From: an uncultured Kiritimatiellota bacterium
Lineage (GTDB): Bacteria; Verrucomicrobiota; Kiritimatiellia; RFP12; DVOR01
DNA: 64,000 bases
Direction of reading: 5' to 3'
NCBI GenBank assembly: GCA_944391085.1
Contig: CALXSE010000003.1
Coordinates: forward strand, 54,143 to 118,142
Part shown: in pieces, positions 37,046 through 46,873 of the stretch
Layout of the letters: each line of letters opens with the position of its first letter
Numbering within the stretch: the first letter of the stretch is position 1
Position numbers and translations under genes: made by a program
The notes under the pieces: model-generated
What the model saw: the letters and a program-made list of their open reading frames with translations, nothing else
What the model was told of the DNA's origin: nothing
Database searches by the model: none

Positions 37046-38188
37046 TCAGCGCACCTTCACGAAGAGGAGGAACAAAATCGGCTGGAGCAGCCCCTGCAGG
37101 AGCAGGAAACGCACCACCACCTGCTGGCCCGACCAGTGCAACACCGTGCGGCAATGGTCGTGCAGCGGGAAGGTGAAGGTGAAGAACAGCCGCTGCAGCG
37201 GCGTCCTGCGCTCCCCCTCGCGCGGCCTCGGCACGGGGTGGCCGGCGGCCTTGAGCAGGCGCAGGCAGGCGAGCTTGACCAACCCCAGCCCGCCGTTGAT
37301 GACGATCATCGGCGCCACCACGAGGATCACGCAGAGGTTCCCCGTGGCCAACGCCGCCACGCCGATCACCATCCCGAACATCCGCGAGCCCGCGTCCCCC
37401 ATCAGCAGGCTCGAGGGATAGCAGTTGTACCACAGGTACGCGCCCATCGTGCCGACGAAGGCGCACACCAGCACCGCCCACTTCGCCGCCGCGTCGCTGT
37501 GCGGGATGATCAGGTAATCGGCCACCGTGCGGTGCCCCACCACCACGTACAGCATCACCACCAGCGCCAGCAGCGAAAGCAGCGTCAGCAGCCCCGCCAG
37601 CCCGTCGATGCCGTCTGAGCAGTTCGTCGTGTTGATCGCCCCGAAGAGCAACGCCCCGGCCACCGGCACGTACGCCCACGCCGGGATCAGCGTCTCCACC
37701 CGCGTGAACGGCCACCACACCGGCACCGCATGACCCTGGCAGAGCAACCACGCGCAGAGCAACGCCACCGCCGCGTCGAAAAGCCCCTTCTTCAGCCCCC
37801 CCCACGGCAGGCGCGAACGGTCGTCCAGCCACCCCGAAAGCATGCACAGGTAAACGCACGCCACCACCCCCAAATCCCACAGCGACTCCCAGGCATACAC
37901 CGGGAAGAAGAGCGCGAGGGCCGGCACCGTCAGCAGCGCCATCGGCATCCCCGCGCCCGTCGGCTTCCCGCCGGCCCTCCCCTCCGCCCCGACGGCCCTC
38001 ACCGTGCCGTCCGGCAACGTCACCGCCTTGCCGCGGTCCACCGGCAGCATCCCCTTCAGGCGCGGCAGGAAAAACCACACCAGGAGCGCCGCCAGGAACG
38101 CCGCCCCGCCCATCATCACCACGTGGGACTGCAGCAGGCGGAACGGCCCCCAGAATCCCTGAAGATACTCGCTCAGAATGTAAAACAT
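37046..38188 (-). CDS. mraY: Phospho-N-acetylmuramoyl-pentapeptide transferase
   Basis: MFYILSEYLQGFWGPFRLLQ..., NTTNCSDGIDGLAG (DDxxD/NxxNxxDGxDGL), WYNCYPSSLLMGDAGS, and C-terminal FLLLQGLLQPILFLLFVKVR all align with E. coli MraY landmarks. A TGGTAGAAT -10 sits 7 nt upstream of the ATG inside the 19-nt gap after mnmE. Confidence 0.85.
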   Translation of the reverse strand: MFYILSEYLQGFWGPFRLLQSHVVMMGGAAFLAALLVWFFLPRLKGMLPVDRGKAVTLPDGTVRAVGAEGRAGGKPTGAGMPMALLTVPALALFFPVYAWESLWDLGVVACVYLCMLSGWLDDRSRLPWGGLKKGLFDAAVALLCAWLLCQGHAVPVWWPFTRVETLIPAWAYVPVAGALLFGAINTTNCSDGIDGLAGLLTLLSLLALVVMLYVVVGHRTVADYLIIPHSDAAAKWAVLVCAFVGTMGAYLWYNCYPSSLLMGDAGSRMFGMVIGVAALATGNLCVILVVAPMIVINGGLGLVKLACLRLLKAAGHPVPRPREGERRTPLQRLFFTFTFPLHDHCRTVLHWSGQQVVVRFLLLQGLLQPILFLLFVKVR

Positions 38189-38207
38189 GGCCCCTATTCT
38201 ACCATAC

Positions 38208-39521
38208 TCACTTGCCCACGCAGAAGGCGGAGAAGACCCGGTCGAGCAAATCCTCCGTGTACGTCCGCCCCAGCACCCGCCCCAACGCCTCCGTCCCGGC
38301 CCGGAGCCACCCCGCCGCCGGCACCAGCCCGGCCTCCCCCCCGGCGAGGGCCTCCCCCGCCGCGTCGAAGGCCGCGCACGCCTCGGCCAACCCCGCGTGT
38401 TGCCGTTCGGTGGCCAGGGTCGCCGCGTCGGGCGCCTCCGCCTGCGCCCCCAAGGCCCCGCGCAGAAGCGCCTCCGCCGCGCGCCGCGCGCCCTCCGGGT
38501 CGGCCGTCGCCGAGATCCCCCCCCGGCCGGGCGCAAGGTCGGCCTTGGTGCGGAGCACAAGCGCCCCCTCCGGCACGTCCGCCGGGAGCGCCTCGCCCGC
38601 CGGCACCAGATAAAGCACCGCGTCCGCGCGGGCGATGAGCCCCCTGGCCCGCGCCACGCCCTCGCGCTCGACCGCCCCGGGCGCCTCACGCAGCCCCGCC
38701 GTGTCCGTCAGGCGCAACGGCACGCCGTCCAGGGAAAAGGCCTCCTCGATCGCGTCGCGCGTCGTCCCGGGCTCGGGGCTGACGATGGCCCGCGCCTCGC
38801 CCAGCAGCAGGTTCATCAGCGTGGACTTCCCCGCGTTCGGCGGCCCCGCGAGCACCACCAGCGCCCCCTCGCGCAGCAGTCTCCCCCGCCGCCACGTGGA
38901 GAGCAGCCCCCGGGCGCGCCCGGCCAAGGCCCCCAGGCGCGCCCGCGCCCCGGCGGCGAAATCGGGCGGCAGCTCGCCCTCGTCGAAGTCCAACAGGTGC
39001 TCCACGTCCGCCGAAAGGGCCAGCGCGTCGTCGTACAGCGGCCCAAGCGCCCCGGCCAGGCGGCCCTCCAGGTTGGCGCGGGCGGCCCGCTCGGCGCGCG
39101 GCGTCTTGGCGGCGATGAGGTCGGCCACGGCCTCGGCCTGCGTCAGGTCGAGCCGCCCGTTGAGGAAGGCGCGGCGCGTGAACTCCCCCGGCCCCGCGGG
39201 GCGCGCCCCCAGCAGGAAGAGCGCGTCGAGGACGCTGCGGGGGACGACCGGCCCACCGTGGACGCACAGCTCCACGGTGTCCTCGCCGGAATACGAATGG
39301 GGCGCGCGGTAAAACAGCAGGATGGCGTCGTCGAGCGCCTCGCCCCCCGGCCCCCGGAGCGTCGCGTAGGCGAAGGTGCCCGCGGGCCGCGCGGAGGGCG
39401 GCGGCCGCAGCCCCGGCGCCAGGCGGTCGGCGATGGCATAGACGCCCTCGCCGCTCAGGCGGATCACCGCCACGCCGCCCAACCCGGGCGCGGAAGCCAG
39501 CGCGGCGATGGGCTCAGCCAT
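38208..39521 (-). CDS. mnmE: tRNA modification GTPase MnmE (TrmE)
   Basis: N-terminal THF-binding domain, G-domain ([16 protein letters not shown]...DTAG...TKADL) and C-terminal FCVGK end motif. Confidence 0.9.
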   Translation of the reverse strand: MAEPIAALASAPGLGGVAVIRLSGEGVYAIADRLAPGLRPPPSARPAGTFAYATLRGPGGEALDDAILLFYRAPHSYSGEDTVELCVHGGPVVPRSVLDALFLLGARPAGPGEFTRRAFLNGRLDLTQAEAVADLIAAKTPRAERAARANLEGRLAGALGPLYDDALALSADVEHLLDFDEGELPPDFAAGARARLGALAGRARGLLSTWRRGRLLREGALVVLAGPPNAGKSTLMNLLLGEARAIVSPEPGTTRDAIEEAFSLDGVPLRLTDTAGLREAPGAVEREGVARARGLIARADAVLYLVPAGEALPADVPEGALVLRTKADLAPGRGGISATADPEGARRAAEALLRGALGAQAEAPDAATLATERQHAGLAEACAAFDAAGEALAGGEAGLVPAAGWLRAGTEALGRVLGRTYTEDLLDRVFSAFCVGK

Positions 39522-41505
39522 GGAGGCTTTCCCCGAGGCAGACCCGGGCGTAGGCGCGGATGGCGTCCGCCGGCGTCTGGCGCGCGGGGACGGCGGCGGG
39601 CTCGCGGCCCAGGGCGCGGAGCGCGGCGGCGGTGGGCCCGCCCAGGGCGATGACGGGGACGCCCTTGGGCGCGGCGGAGGCGGCCCAGGCGCGGACGGCG
39701 CTGGACGAGGCCAGAAAGACGGCGTCGTGCGGCGGCGGCTCGGTCTCGGGCAGCCCGACGGTGCGGTAGAAAGGCAGATCCTTGACCTTCGCGCCGCGGG
39801 CCTTGAGCGCCTGGGCCAGCGCGGGCCCGGCCTCCTCGCTGCGGACGCGGAGGATCCTCATGCCGCCCAGATCCCCGGGCAGCGCGGCCAGCAGCCCCTC
39901 CGCCGAGAAGTCGCCCTCGGGCACAAGGGTGTCGATGTTCAGGTGCGCCAGCGCGGCGGCGGTGCCGGGGCCGGCGACGGCCAGGCGCTTGGGCAGGTAT
40001 TGGATGGGGCTGACCAGCTGCCGGAGCAGGAAACGCGCGGCGGTGGGGCTGGTCACGACCAACAGGTTGTAGGCCTTGCTCGGGCGGATCTTCACCGCGG
40101 CGGTCGCCTCGAAGCGCACCAGGGGCCGCACGACGGGCACGCCGCCCAGGTCAAGGATGGCCTCGCGCGCCTTCCCGGCCACGGATTCCGATCCGGTGAC
40201 CCAGACCCGCCGGCCGGCCAGCGGCCCAAGCGCGGGGAAGGCATGGCGCGCGGCCTCGCCCACCAGCAGCAGCCCGGGGCGCGACGGCGTCCGGGCGCGG
40301 AGCCCGGCGACCGTCCCGCGCCAGACCTCCTGCCCGGGGCCGAAGGCGTCGAAGACGACGGCGCAGGGGGTGTCCGGGGCGTAACGGCAGGCGACGTCGT
40401 CGGCCTGGCCCAGGGCCATGAACCAGACGTCGGTGGCCTCGGGGCCCGCCGCGCGGGGGGTGCCGACCGTGAAGCCGCGCCCGGCCCCGCGCCGCGTCAG
40501 GAGCATCCCGGTAGCGGCGGGGGCGGCGGCGAGGGCCGAGACGCCCGGCCAGACGCGGAAGGGGATGCCGTCCGCGGCAAGCGCGTCGGTCTCCTCGGCC
40601 AGGCGCCCGAAGATGCCCGGGTCGCCGCCCTTGAGGCGGACGACGCGCTGGCCGCGGCGGGCGCGCTCGCCGATGAGGGCGGTGATCTCGGCCTGGGGCA
40701 GGGCGTGCGCGCCGCTGCGCTTGCCCACGTACAGCCGCTCGGCCCGCAGGCCATCGAGGAGCGAGGCGTCCATGAGCGCGTCGTAGATGACCACGTCGGC
40801 GGCGCGGAGCTCGCGCAGGCCGGCGACCGTGCAGAGCCCGGCGTCGCCCACGCCCGCGCCGACGAAGCGCACGGCCTTGACGTAGAGGCCGCGCAGGGCG
40901 CGGAGGCGTCCGTCGCCGCGGCGGAAGGTCATCGCCAGAAAGCCCTGGCCGGGCGGCGGCGTGAGGGCGTCCAGGGGGATATACTCGGCGATGCGGCCGC
41001 GCAGGCCCAGGCGGTGGAGCGCGGCGGCGGCCACGACGATGGCGTCGTACTCGCCGCGGTCGAGCTTGGCCAGGCGCTCGGGGATGGCGCCGCGGAGGGT
41101 CAGCCGCTCGGCCCCGGGGAAGCGCCTGGCGCACCAGGCGTCGCGCCGGCCGCTGCTGACGCCCACGCGGCGCGGGTGCGCGGCGTCGCCCACAAGGCAG
41201 TCGCGCGGATCTTCGCGCCAGGGCAGCCAGAACCAGTCAAGCCCCTCGGGGAGGCCCCCGGGGGGGAGATCCTTGGCGGAGTGGAGGGCGCAGTCGATGC
41301 GGCCGGCGAGGAGGGCCTCGTCGAGGTCGCGCGTGAAGAAGTCGCCGGGGCTGGCGCGCAGGTCAGTGGCCTGGTCGCGGTCGCCGGGCGAGGAGAAGGG
41401 GATGGCCTCGAAGTCAAGGCCCGTCTCCGCGCGGAGCCTGGCGAGGGCGTCTTCGGTTTGGAGGAGGGAGAGCGCGGAATCGCGCGTGCCGCATCTCAGC
41501 TTCAT
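39514..41505 (-). CDS. Trifunctional fusion: HemC-like N-terminal domains / uroporphyrinogen-III C-methyltransferase (CobA/SUMT) / uroporphyrinogen-III synthase (HemD)
   Basis: Residues about 1-205 resemble HemC domains 1-2 ([51 protein letters not shown]). The middle is SUMT ([30 protein letters not shown]...[12 protein letters not shown]). The C-terminus is HemD-like ([14 protein letters not shown]...). Confidence 0.75.
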   Translation of the reverse strand: MKLRCGTRDSALSLLQTEDALARLRAETGLDFEAIPFSSPGDRDQATDLRASPGDFFTRDLDEALLAGRIDCALHSAKDLPPGGLPEGLDWFWLPWREDPRDCLVGDAAHPRRVGVSSGRRDAWCARRFPGAERLTLRGAIPERLAKLDRGEYDAIVVAAAALHRLGLRGRIAEYIPLDALTPPPGQGFLAMTFRRGDGRLRALRGLYVKAVRFVGAGVGDAGLCTVAGLRELRAADVVIYDALMDASLLDGLRAERLYVGKRSGAHALPQAEITALIGERARRGQRVVRLKGGDPGIFGRLAEETDALAADGIPFRVWPGVSALAAAPAATGMLLTRRGAGRGFTVGTPRAAGPEATDVWFMALGQADDVACRYAPDTPCAVVFDAFGPGQEVWRGTVAGLRARTPSRPGLLLVGEAARHAFPALGPLAGRRVWVTGSESVAGKAREAILDLGGVPVVRPLVRFEATAAVKIRPSKAYNLLVVTSPTAARFLLRQLVSPIQYLPKRLAVAGPGTAAALAHLNIDTLVPEGDFSAEGLLAALPGDLGGMRILRVRSEEAGPALAQALKARGAKVKDLPFYRTVGLPETEPPPHDAVFLASSSAVRAWAASAAPKGVPVIALGGPTAAALRALGREPAAVPARQTPADAIRAYARVCLGESLHG

Positions 41506-41517
41506 GCCGGGCTCCTT

Positions 41518-42822
41518 TCAGCGCGCGGGAGGGGGCAGGGCCGCGTAGGCGCGGTCGGCGGCGGCGCGGATGGCCTCGAGCGCGCCGGTGCGGCGGAGGT
41601 AGGCGCCGCGCAGGTCGTCCAGGTCGCGCACGCCCCGGTCGCCGCGGATGTTCCTGGGGGCGCCGAGGTCGAAGGCCGGCACGCCGCCGAGCGCCTCGGC
41701 CTCGAAGCAGGGCGCCTCGACGGTGAGCGCGGCGAGGAAGCGGTCGGCCCCGCGCACGGCCTCGCGCCAGCCGGCCAGGGGGCGGCAGTCCTCGCCGGGG
41801 AGCGGGGTGCGGTGGTAAAGGACGGTGACGGGCAGGCCGCGGGCGTGGGCCTTGGCGACGGCGGCGCGGCCCAGGCGCCCGGTGCCGGCGACGACGACGC
41901 GGCCCTTGGCGCCCTCGAGCGCGAGATCCTCGACCTCGACGTCCGGGATGAGGGGGGCGACGGCGGCGCGGACGGCCTGGGCGCGGCGGAGGGCCTCGGC
42001 GTAGGCGTCCAGCAGGTGGCCGCAGGCCCAGCCCCGCGCGCGGGCCTCCTCGAAGGCGTCGCGCACCTGGCCGACGATGTGGAACTCGCCGACCATCCTG
42101 GCGCGCATCCCCGCGAGCACCATCGTCAGGTGGCGCAGGGCGCCGTCCCCGAAGGCGGCCTTCGCGCCGGGCAGGTGCAGGGCGTGCGCCAGCAGGTCGC
42201 AGGCGACGAGCTCGGGCGCGGCCCAGGCGATGAGCTCGGTGCGGTTGCAGGTGCGCAGGAGGGCCCAGCCGTAGAGGCCGTTGAGGAAGGAGAGGCGCGT
42301 GGCCAGCACGTCCAGCGGCGGCAGCGGCGCGGCCTCCTCGGCGCCCAGCACATAAAGCCCGCCGGGGGAGACGCGCGCGAGGCTCTTGGCCAGGCCCTCG
42401 CGGACTTCCTTGGCGGTGCGGCAGCTGCGGCCGTCGGTGGAGACGGCGAGGGTCAGCCCCTCCAGGCGCAGGGTCGCCGGCACGATGAGGTCGCCCTCGG
42501 CCCAGTTGCCGTCGGCGCAGCAGCAGAGGACGGCGCGGGCGCGGGCGGCGGCCAGGACGGCGCGGTTGGCGCGCTTGTCGTCGGTGCAGGCGAAGGCCAG
42601 GCGGCACCCGGCCACGTCGTCGGGCACGAAGCAGCGCGCCACGCGCTCCACCGGCAGGGCGTCGAACTCGGCCACCGCCTCGGGGCAGACGAGGCGCACG
42701 CGGGCGCCGGCCTCGAGGAGGGCCCGGGCCTTGCGCAGGCCCACGCGGCCACCGCCCACGACGAGCGCCAGGGCGCCCTCGATGAGGAGGTTCGCGGGGA
42801 AGGTCTTGCGCACGGGCCGCAT
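41518..42822 (-). CDS. Fusion: precorrin-2 dehydrogenase/sirohydrochlorin ferrochelatase-like (SirC/CysG-N) domain + glutamyl-tRNA reductase (HemA)-like domain
   Basis: N-terminal Rossmann NLLIEGALALVVGGGRVGLRKARALLEAGARV and LAFACTDDKRANRAV match CysG-N/SirC. The downstream LLRTCNRTELIAW is the HemA catalytic-Cys motif, and VVVAGTGRLGRAAVAKA is the NADPH site. Start taken at MRPVRK (42822), overlapping the bioD stop; alternative start 42855. Confidence 0.65.
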   Translation of the reverse strand: MRPVRKTFPANLLIEGALALVVGGGRVGLRKARALLEAGARVRLVCPEAVAEFDALPVERVARCFVPDDVAGCRLAFACTDDKRANRAVLAAARARAVLCCCADGNWAEGDLIVPATLRLEGLTLAVSTDGRSCRTAKEVREGLAKSLARVSPGGLYVLGAEEAAPLPPLDVLATRLSFLNGLYGWALLRTCNRTELIAWAAPELVACDLLAHALHLPGAKAAFGDGALRHLTMVLAGMRARMVGEFHIVGQVRDAFEEARARGWACGHLLDAYAEALRRAQAVRAAVAPLIPDVEVEDLALEGAKGRVVVAGTGRLGRAAVAKAHARGLPVTVLYHRTPLPGEDCRPLAGWREAVRGADRFLAALTVEAPCFEAEALGGVPAFDLGAPRNIRGDRGVRDLDDLRGAYLRRTGALEAIRAAADRAYAALPPPAR

Positions 42823-43463
42823 CAGAGGCCCTCCAGGATGGGCAGCTCCAGCCACTCGGCGCCGGGGAACATCCCCTCGGCGACTCGCTTCAGGAAGGCG
42901 CGCGAATCCGCGTCGATGACCGGGTCGCGGCGGCCGGGCCAGGCGTTGTAGACGAATTGGGCGACCGTCGCGCCGCGCGCGGCGAGGGCCTCGAGGGAGA
43001 GCAGGGCGTGGTTGACGGAGCCGAGCGCGCCGTGCAGCACGAAGGTGAAGGGCCAGCCCCGCGCCACCGCGAAATCCACCGTCAGCAACCCGGGCCGGAG
43101 GGGCACCATGAGGCCGCCCGCGCCTTCCACGAAGACCTCGTCGTACCGCTCGCCGAGGGCACGGGCGCAGGCCTCCAGGCGCGCCGGGTCGATCTCCGCC
43201 CCGGCCAGGCGCGCGGCGAGGTGGGGCGAGCAGGGATGCGGGAAGATGTAGGGCGCGGTGAGGCCCTCCGCGTCCTCGGGGAGCGGCCCCACGCCCATCA
43301 TGGCGCGGTGGCGGGCGATGTCCTCGGAGGCGCCGGCGTTGCCCGTCTGCGCCAGCTTCATGGTGGCCGCGCGCCGCCCGGCGGCCAGCGCGCGCCGGGC
43401 CAGCCAGCCGGTGGCGACGCTCTTGCCCGCGTCCGTGTCAATCCCGCTCACAAACCGAATCAT
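42822..43463 (-). CDS. bioD: Dethiobiotin synthetase
   Basis: MIRFVSGIDTDAGKSVATGWLA (P-loop), VEGAGGLMVPL and GSVNHALLSLEAL align with E. coli BioD. Confidence 0.8.
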   Translation of the reverse strand: MIRFVSGIDTDAGKSVATGWLARRALAAGRRAATMKLAQTGNAGASEDIARHRAMMGVGPLPEDAEGLTAPYIFPHPCSPHLAARLAGAEIDPARLEACARALGERYDEVFVEGAGGLMVPLRPGLLTVDFAVARGWPFTFVLHGALGSVNHALLSLEALAARGATVAQFVYNAWPGRRDPVIDADSRAFLKRVAEGMFPGAEWLELPILEGL

Positions 43464-43512
43464 GCGTGACCCTTTCCATCGCAAAGGCGCGATTATACCA
43501 AAGCCCGCGCGC

Positions 43513-44397
43513 TCAGCGCCGCCCGCCGGGCCTGGCGAAGATGAGCTGGATACCGTTCCACGCGTTGTGGAAGAAGACGTAGAAGGCCGGCCCGAGCGCC
43601 GCGAAGGGCGCCCCGCACGCCAGCGCCAGGTAGACGGTGTAGGACGTGTTCTTCTGCCCCAGCAGCTGCGAGCACTCGTGCCAGCGCCGCCGCCCGCCCA
43701 AAAGCGCCCCCAGCGCGAAGAGCGCCACGCACAGCGCCAGGTCGATGGCGACCACCCACAGCACGTCCGCCCGCGGGTACTCCGCCGCGTGCTCCTCAAG
43801 CGTGCGCGACGCGCTGGCCGCGATGATGGCCACCAGGACGATCCACACGTAGAGCGTCGAGGGCGTCAGCGCGCGCCCCCACCGCCGCGCCCGCTCCCCA
43901 AAGCGCCGCCGCAGCAGGAGCGCCGCCGCGAAGGGCAGGAGCGTCACGAAGCAGACGCGCCCCGCGATCGCCGGCAGCGCCGCCCACGCGCTCTGGTGCA
44001 GCACCAGCGGGATGGCCGCCGGCAGCGCCGCGCTCACGCACAGCGCCCCCAGCAGAAAGCCCATCGAGCCGAAGGTGACGCTCCCCCCCAGCAGGCTGAT
44101 GATGACCGGCGCCGCGCTCGCCGTCGGCGTGACGGCCGTGAAGAAGGCCGCCTGCGCGAAGCGCTCCGGCACCCCGCACAGCAGCATCCCGGCCCACACC
44201 GCGAAGGCGCTGGCCAGATTCACCGCGATGACCAGCCAGTGCCGCCAGTGGATCGCCCGCGGCGTGAACTCCATCCGCAGGAAGACGGCCACCAGCATGT
44301 AGAAGAGGCACCACGGCATCAGCGGCCGCAACGCCGCGAGCCAGGGGCAGAACCACCCCAGCGCGAAGCACGCCACCAGCAGCACCGTGCGCAGCAC
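43513..44397 (-). CDS. Polytopic membrane transporter (BART/bile-acid:Na+ symporter-like superfamily, uncertain)
   Basis: 294 aa with about 8-10 hydrophobic helices. Family assignment is tentative. Confidence 0.5.
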   Translation of the reverse strand: MLRTVLLVACFALGWFCPWLAALRPLMPWCLFYMLVAVFLRMEFTPRAIHWRHWLVIAVNLASAFAVWAGMLLCGVPERFAQAAFFTAVTPTASAAPVIISLLGGSVTFGSMGFLLGALCVSAALPAAIPLVLHQSAWAALPAIAGRVCFVTLLPFAAALLLRRRFGERARRWGRALTPSTLYVWIVLVAIIAASASRTLEEHAAEYPRADVLWVVAIDLALCVALFALGALLGGRRRWHECSQLLGQKNTSYTVYLALACGAPFAALGPAFYVFFHNAWNGIQLIFARPGGRR

Positions 44398-44398
44398 T

Positions 44399-44698
44399 TC
44401 AGCGCCCCACAGGCCCGGCGTTCTTGCGGAACAGGAAGTAAAGCGTCAGATCCGTGCCCACCAGCGCCATGTCCAGCACGTACAGCCACAGCACGTAGGG
44501 CGCCAGGGCCCCCGCGTCCGCCCCGGGCGGGTTCAGCAGCTTGTGGACGACGCCGCAGAGGTACCCCGCCAGCACGATGACCATGAAGGCCGGGGACTTG
44601 CCGCGCACGAAGCGCGTCCGCAGCGACTTGGCGATGGAGGCCGGCCAGCTGCACCCGAAGGCCAGCAGCATCAGCGCCTCGAAGACCCACGCGCTCAT
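44399..44698 (-). CDS. Small 3-TM membrane protein (PQ-loop/SemiSWEET-like, tentative)
   Basis: 99 aa with three hydrophobic segments and a W-P-x-x-I motif after TM1. Tight spacing with neighbours suggests operon membership with exbBD. Confidence 0.4.
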   Translation of the reverse strand: MSAWVFEALMLLAFGCSWPASIAKSLRTRFVRGKSPAFMVIVLAGYLCGVVHKLLNPPGADAGALAPYVLWLYVLDMALVGTDLTLYFLFRKNAGPVGR

Positions 44699-45153
44699 TC
44701 CAGCCCCTCCCCGAAGGCCCCCGGCGGGGGCGGCGGCGCCTCCGCCTCCGGCGCGGCCGTGGCCAGGGCCACGTTCGAGATGCCCGCCAGGCGGCAGGCG
44801 TCCATCACCGCCATCACCTTGCCGTACGCCGTCCCGGCGTCCGCCCGCAGGGTGATGGGCTGGCCGGGGTTGTACTTCGCCACCTGGCGCAGCGCCGCGT
44901 CGAGCGATGCGCCCGAGAGGACGCGCTGGTTCACCGTCACCGTGCCCTCGCGCGTGACGTTGAGGATGATCTCGCCCGGCACCCGCGTGGAGGATTGGCC
45001 CGAGCGCGCCGTCGGCAGCGTCAGCCCCACCTCATATTCCCACTGCGAGAAGACCGAGCTCGTCACGAAGAAGCACAGCAAGAGGAACACCACGTCCATC
45101 ATCGCCGTCATCTGGAAATGCGGCAGCGCCGCGCGCCTCGACCGGAAGTCCAT
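44695..45153 (-). CDS. exbD: ExbD/TolR family biopolymer transport protein
   Basis: Single N-terminal TM (MTAMMDVVFLLLCFFV) followed by a periplasmic ExbD domain. Downstream of exbB. Confidence 0.8.
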   Translation of the reverse strand: MDFRSRRAALPHFQMTAMMDVVFLLLCFFVTSSVFSQWEYEVGLTLPTARSGQSSTRVPGEIILNVTREGTVTVNQRVLSGASLDAALRQVAKYNPGQPITLRADAGTAYGKVMAVMDACRLAGISNVALATAAPEAEAPPPPPGAFGEGLE

Positions 45154-45159
45154 CGCCGC

Positions 45160-45825
45160 TCACTCCCGCGCGTGCTTGCCGCCCAGCACCGCCACCAGCT
45201 CCGCGCACACGCTCTCGAGCTGGCACACCAGCCGCCCCGCCCGCCTCCGGAAATAGGCGTAGAAGACCATCGCCGGGATGGCCACCGCCAGGCCGAAGAT
45301 CGTCGTCACGATCGCCTGCGCCACCCCCTCGGCCAGCAGCGTCGGCTTCGCCGCCGCCACGTCGCTCGCCACCGCCCCGAACGCCCCCAGCATGCCGACC
45401 ACCGTGCCCAGCAACCCCACCAGCGGCGCGATCGTCGCGATGTCCAGCAGCCACTGCGTCCGCCCCTCGATGGCCTCGGCCTGGCGCCGGCCCTCGCTCT
45501 GGGCCACCTGCGCGATGAGCGCCGCGTCGGCCCGCGGCGCGCTGCGCACCGCGTCGAGCGTCGCCAGCATCACCGCCGCCAGGGGCGAGGGCGAATCCTC
45601 GCACAGCCGCCGCGCCTCCTCGGGGTCGTCCCCCAGCAGGTACGTCGGCAGGTCACGGCGCAGGCGCGGCGGCACGACCGTCCCCTCGCGCAGCGTCGCC
45701 AGGAAGTAGACGCAGGCCGTCACCCCCGCCACGCTCATCGCCAGGAGCACCCACATCAGCCACCCGCCGCAGGCCCACGCCTCCGCCAACGTCATCCCCG
45801 CCGCCGCAAAAAACAATCCGCTCAT
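45160..45825 (-). CDS. exbB: MotA/TolQ/ExbB proton-channel family protein
   Basis: 221 aa, three TM helices, conserved C-terminal LAEGVAQAIVTTIFGLAVAIPAMVFY. Confidence 0.8.
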   Translation of the reverse strand: MSGLFFAAAGMTLAEAWACGGWLMWVLLAMSVAGVTACVYFLATLREGTVVPPRLRRDLPTYLLGDDPEEARRLCEDSPSPLAAVMLATLDAVRSAPRADAALIAQVAQSEGRRQAEAIEGRTQWLLDIATIAPLVGLLGTVVGMLGAFGAVASDVAAAKPTLLAEGVAQAIVTTIFGLAVAIPAMVFYAYFRRRAGRLVCQLESVCAELVAVLGGKHARE

Positions 45826-45922
45826 CCCGAGATCCTTTCAGAAGACAATCCCCGTCAGTATACCACAATCCACGAAAAAGCCCCGGGCGAACCCGGGGCC
45901 CTTTGGGGCGCAGGGCGCCCGC

Positions 45923-46537
45923 TCAGGCCGCGCGGCGGCGAAGCGCCACCCCAGCCACGCCCAGCGCCAGGAGCGCCAGCGCCGTCGGCTCGGGCAGAAC
46001 CGCCGTCTCGTTCGCCGTCAGCCAGCCGATCTGCTCGGTGGTGAGGTTGCCGGAATAGGCGGCGGAACCGACGATGTCCCACGCGTCGTTGTCGTACAGC
46101 CACACGTTCAGGCCGCTCTTGTTGCCGCCTTCGTCGAACGAGGCGTAGAGATCGCCGTCGACGTAGATGTTCACGGTGATCTCGCTCGTTGAGACGGGCT
46201 CATAGTTGATGGCGATGGTGTGGATGCCGGTGCCAAGCGTCGGGCGATCGGCACTGGGCGACCAATTGCCGGCCTGATAACGGAGCGAGCCGTCCGTGTT
46301 CAGCTTCAGGAAGGCGTCGCCGTTCCAGTAGCCGAACTTGACGAGATCCGTGCCGTCCGCCGACACCGCCTGCGTCACGTCGACGGTCACGACGTAGGCG
46401 AAGGGGTTGGTGTAGCCCGTGCCGGAGATGATGCCCTTGTTATCGTAGGCGCCGCTCTCCTGCCAGGTCAGCGTCACCGCGTGCGCGGCGGAGAGGGCCA
46501 GTGCGGCGAAGGCCGCCGCCAGGACTGTTCTTTTCAT
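45923..46537 (-). CDS. PEP-CTERM sorting-domain surface protein (paralog of 11800..12447)
   Basis: Signal peptide MKRTVLAAAFAALALSAAHA; C-terminal LPEPTALALLALGVAGVALRRRAA is identical to the paralog. Real start at 46537. The track ORF has a 72-codon junk extension. Confidence 0.8.
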   Translation of the reverse strand: MKRTVLAAAFAALALSAAHAVTLTWQESGAYDNKGIISGTGYTNPFAYVVTVDVTQAVSADGTDLVKFGYWNGDAFLKLNTDGSLRYQAGNWSPSADRPTLGTGIHTIAINYEPVSTSEITVNIYVDGDLYASFDEGGNKSGLNVWLYDNDAWDIVGSAAYSGNLTTEQIGWLTANETAVLPEPTALALLALGVAGVALRRRAA

Positions 46538-46843
46538 GTGAAGGAATACCTCCCAATCGCCCCTACAACGTGCGGAGGCAGGCCCGGGGACGAAAACGTG
46601 CCCACTTCCGATGCCGCTTGGAGGTCTTAGGAAACCCGAGTCATGACACCAAAAGTGGGCACGCGACGCCGCGTGCTCGCAGTTTGGACACTGACTCTGA
46701 AAGTTCCTAAGTTCCCAAGCATGTCCTTGTGCGTCCGCACAAATCCGTGCCACGGCTCACCCGTGGCGTGCCACTAAGATACCACCGCCCGCCTCCGCGA
46801 CGCAAGCGTTTTCTTCCAAAGCCCCCTTCATTCAAATTGACGC

Positions 46844-46873
46844 TTGACACAAGAAGGCCGGCTGCGCTATCCT
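46844..46873 (+). promoter_or_regulatory. Promoter for HMA-chaperone/P1B-ATPase operon
   Basis: TTGACA (46844-49, overlapping a second TTGACG at 46838-43), 18-nt spacer, TATCCT (46868-73). A CAAACaggcGTTTG dyad lies just downstream. Confidence 0.45.

Noticed and set aside
35694-38078. Single 794-aa ORF spanning miaA, lspA and part of mraY
   Set aside because: Only the last 291 codons match MiaA. The upstream part is an R/G-rich alternative frame across lspA/mraY, which are encoded in their own frames. The internal Met at 36569 is the true start.
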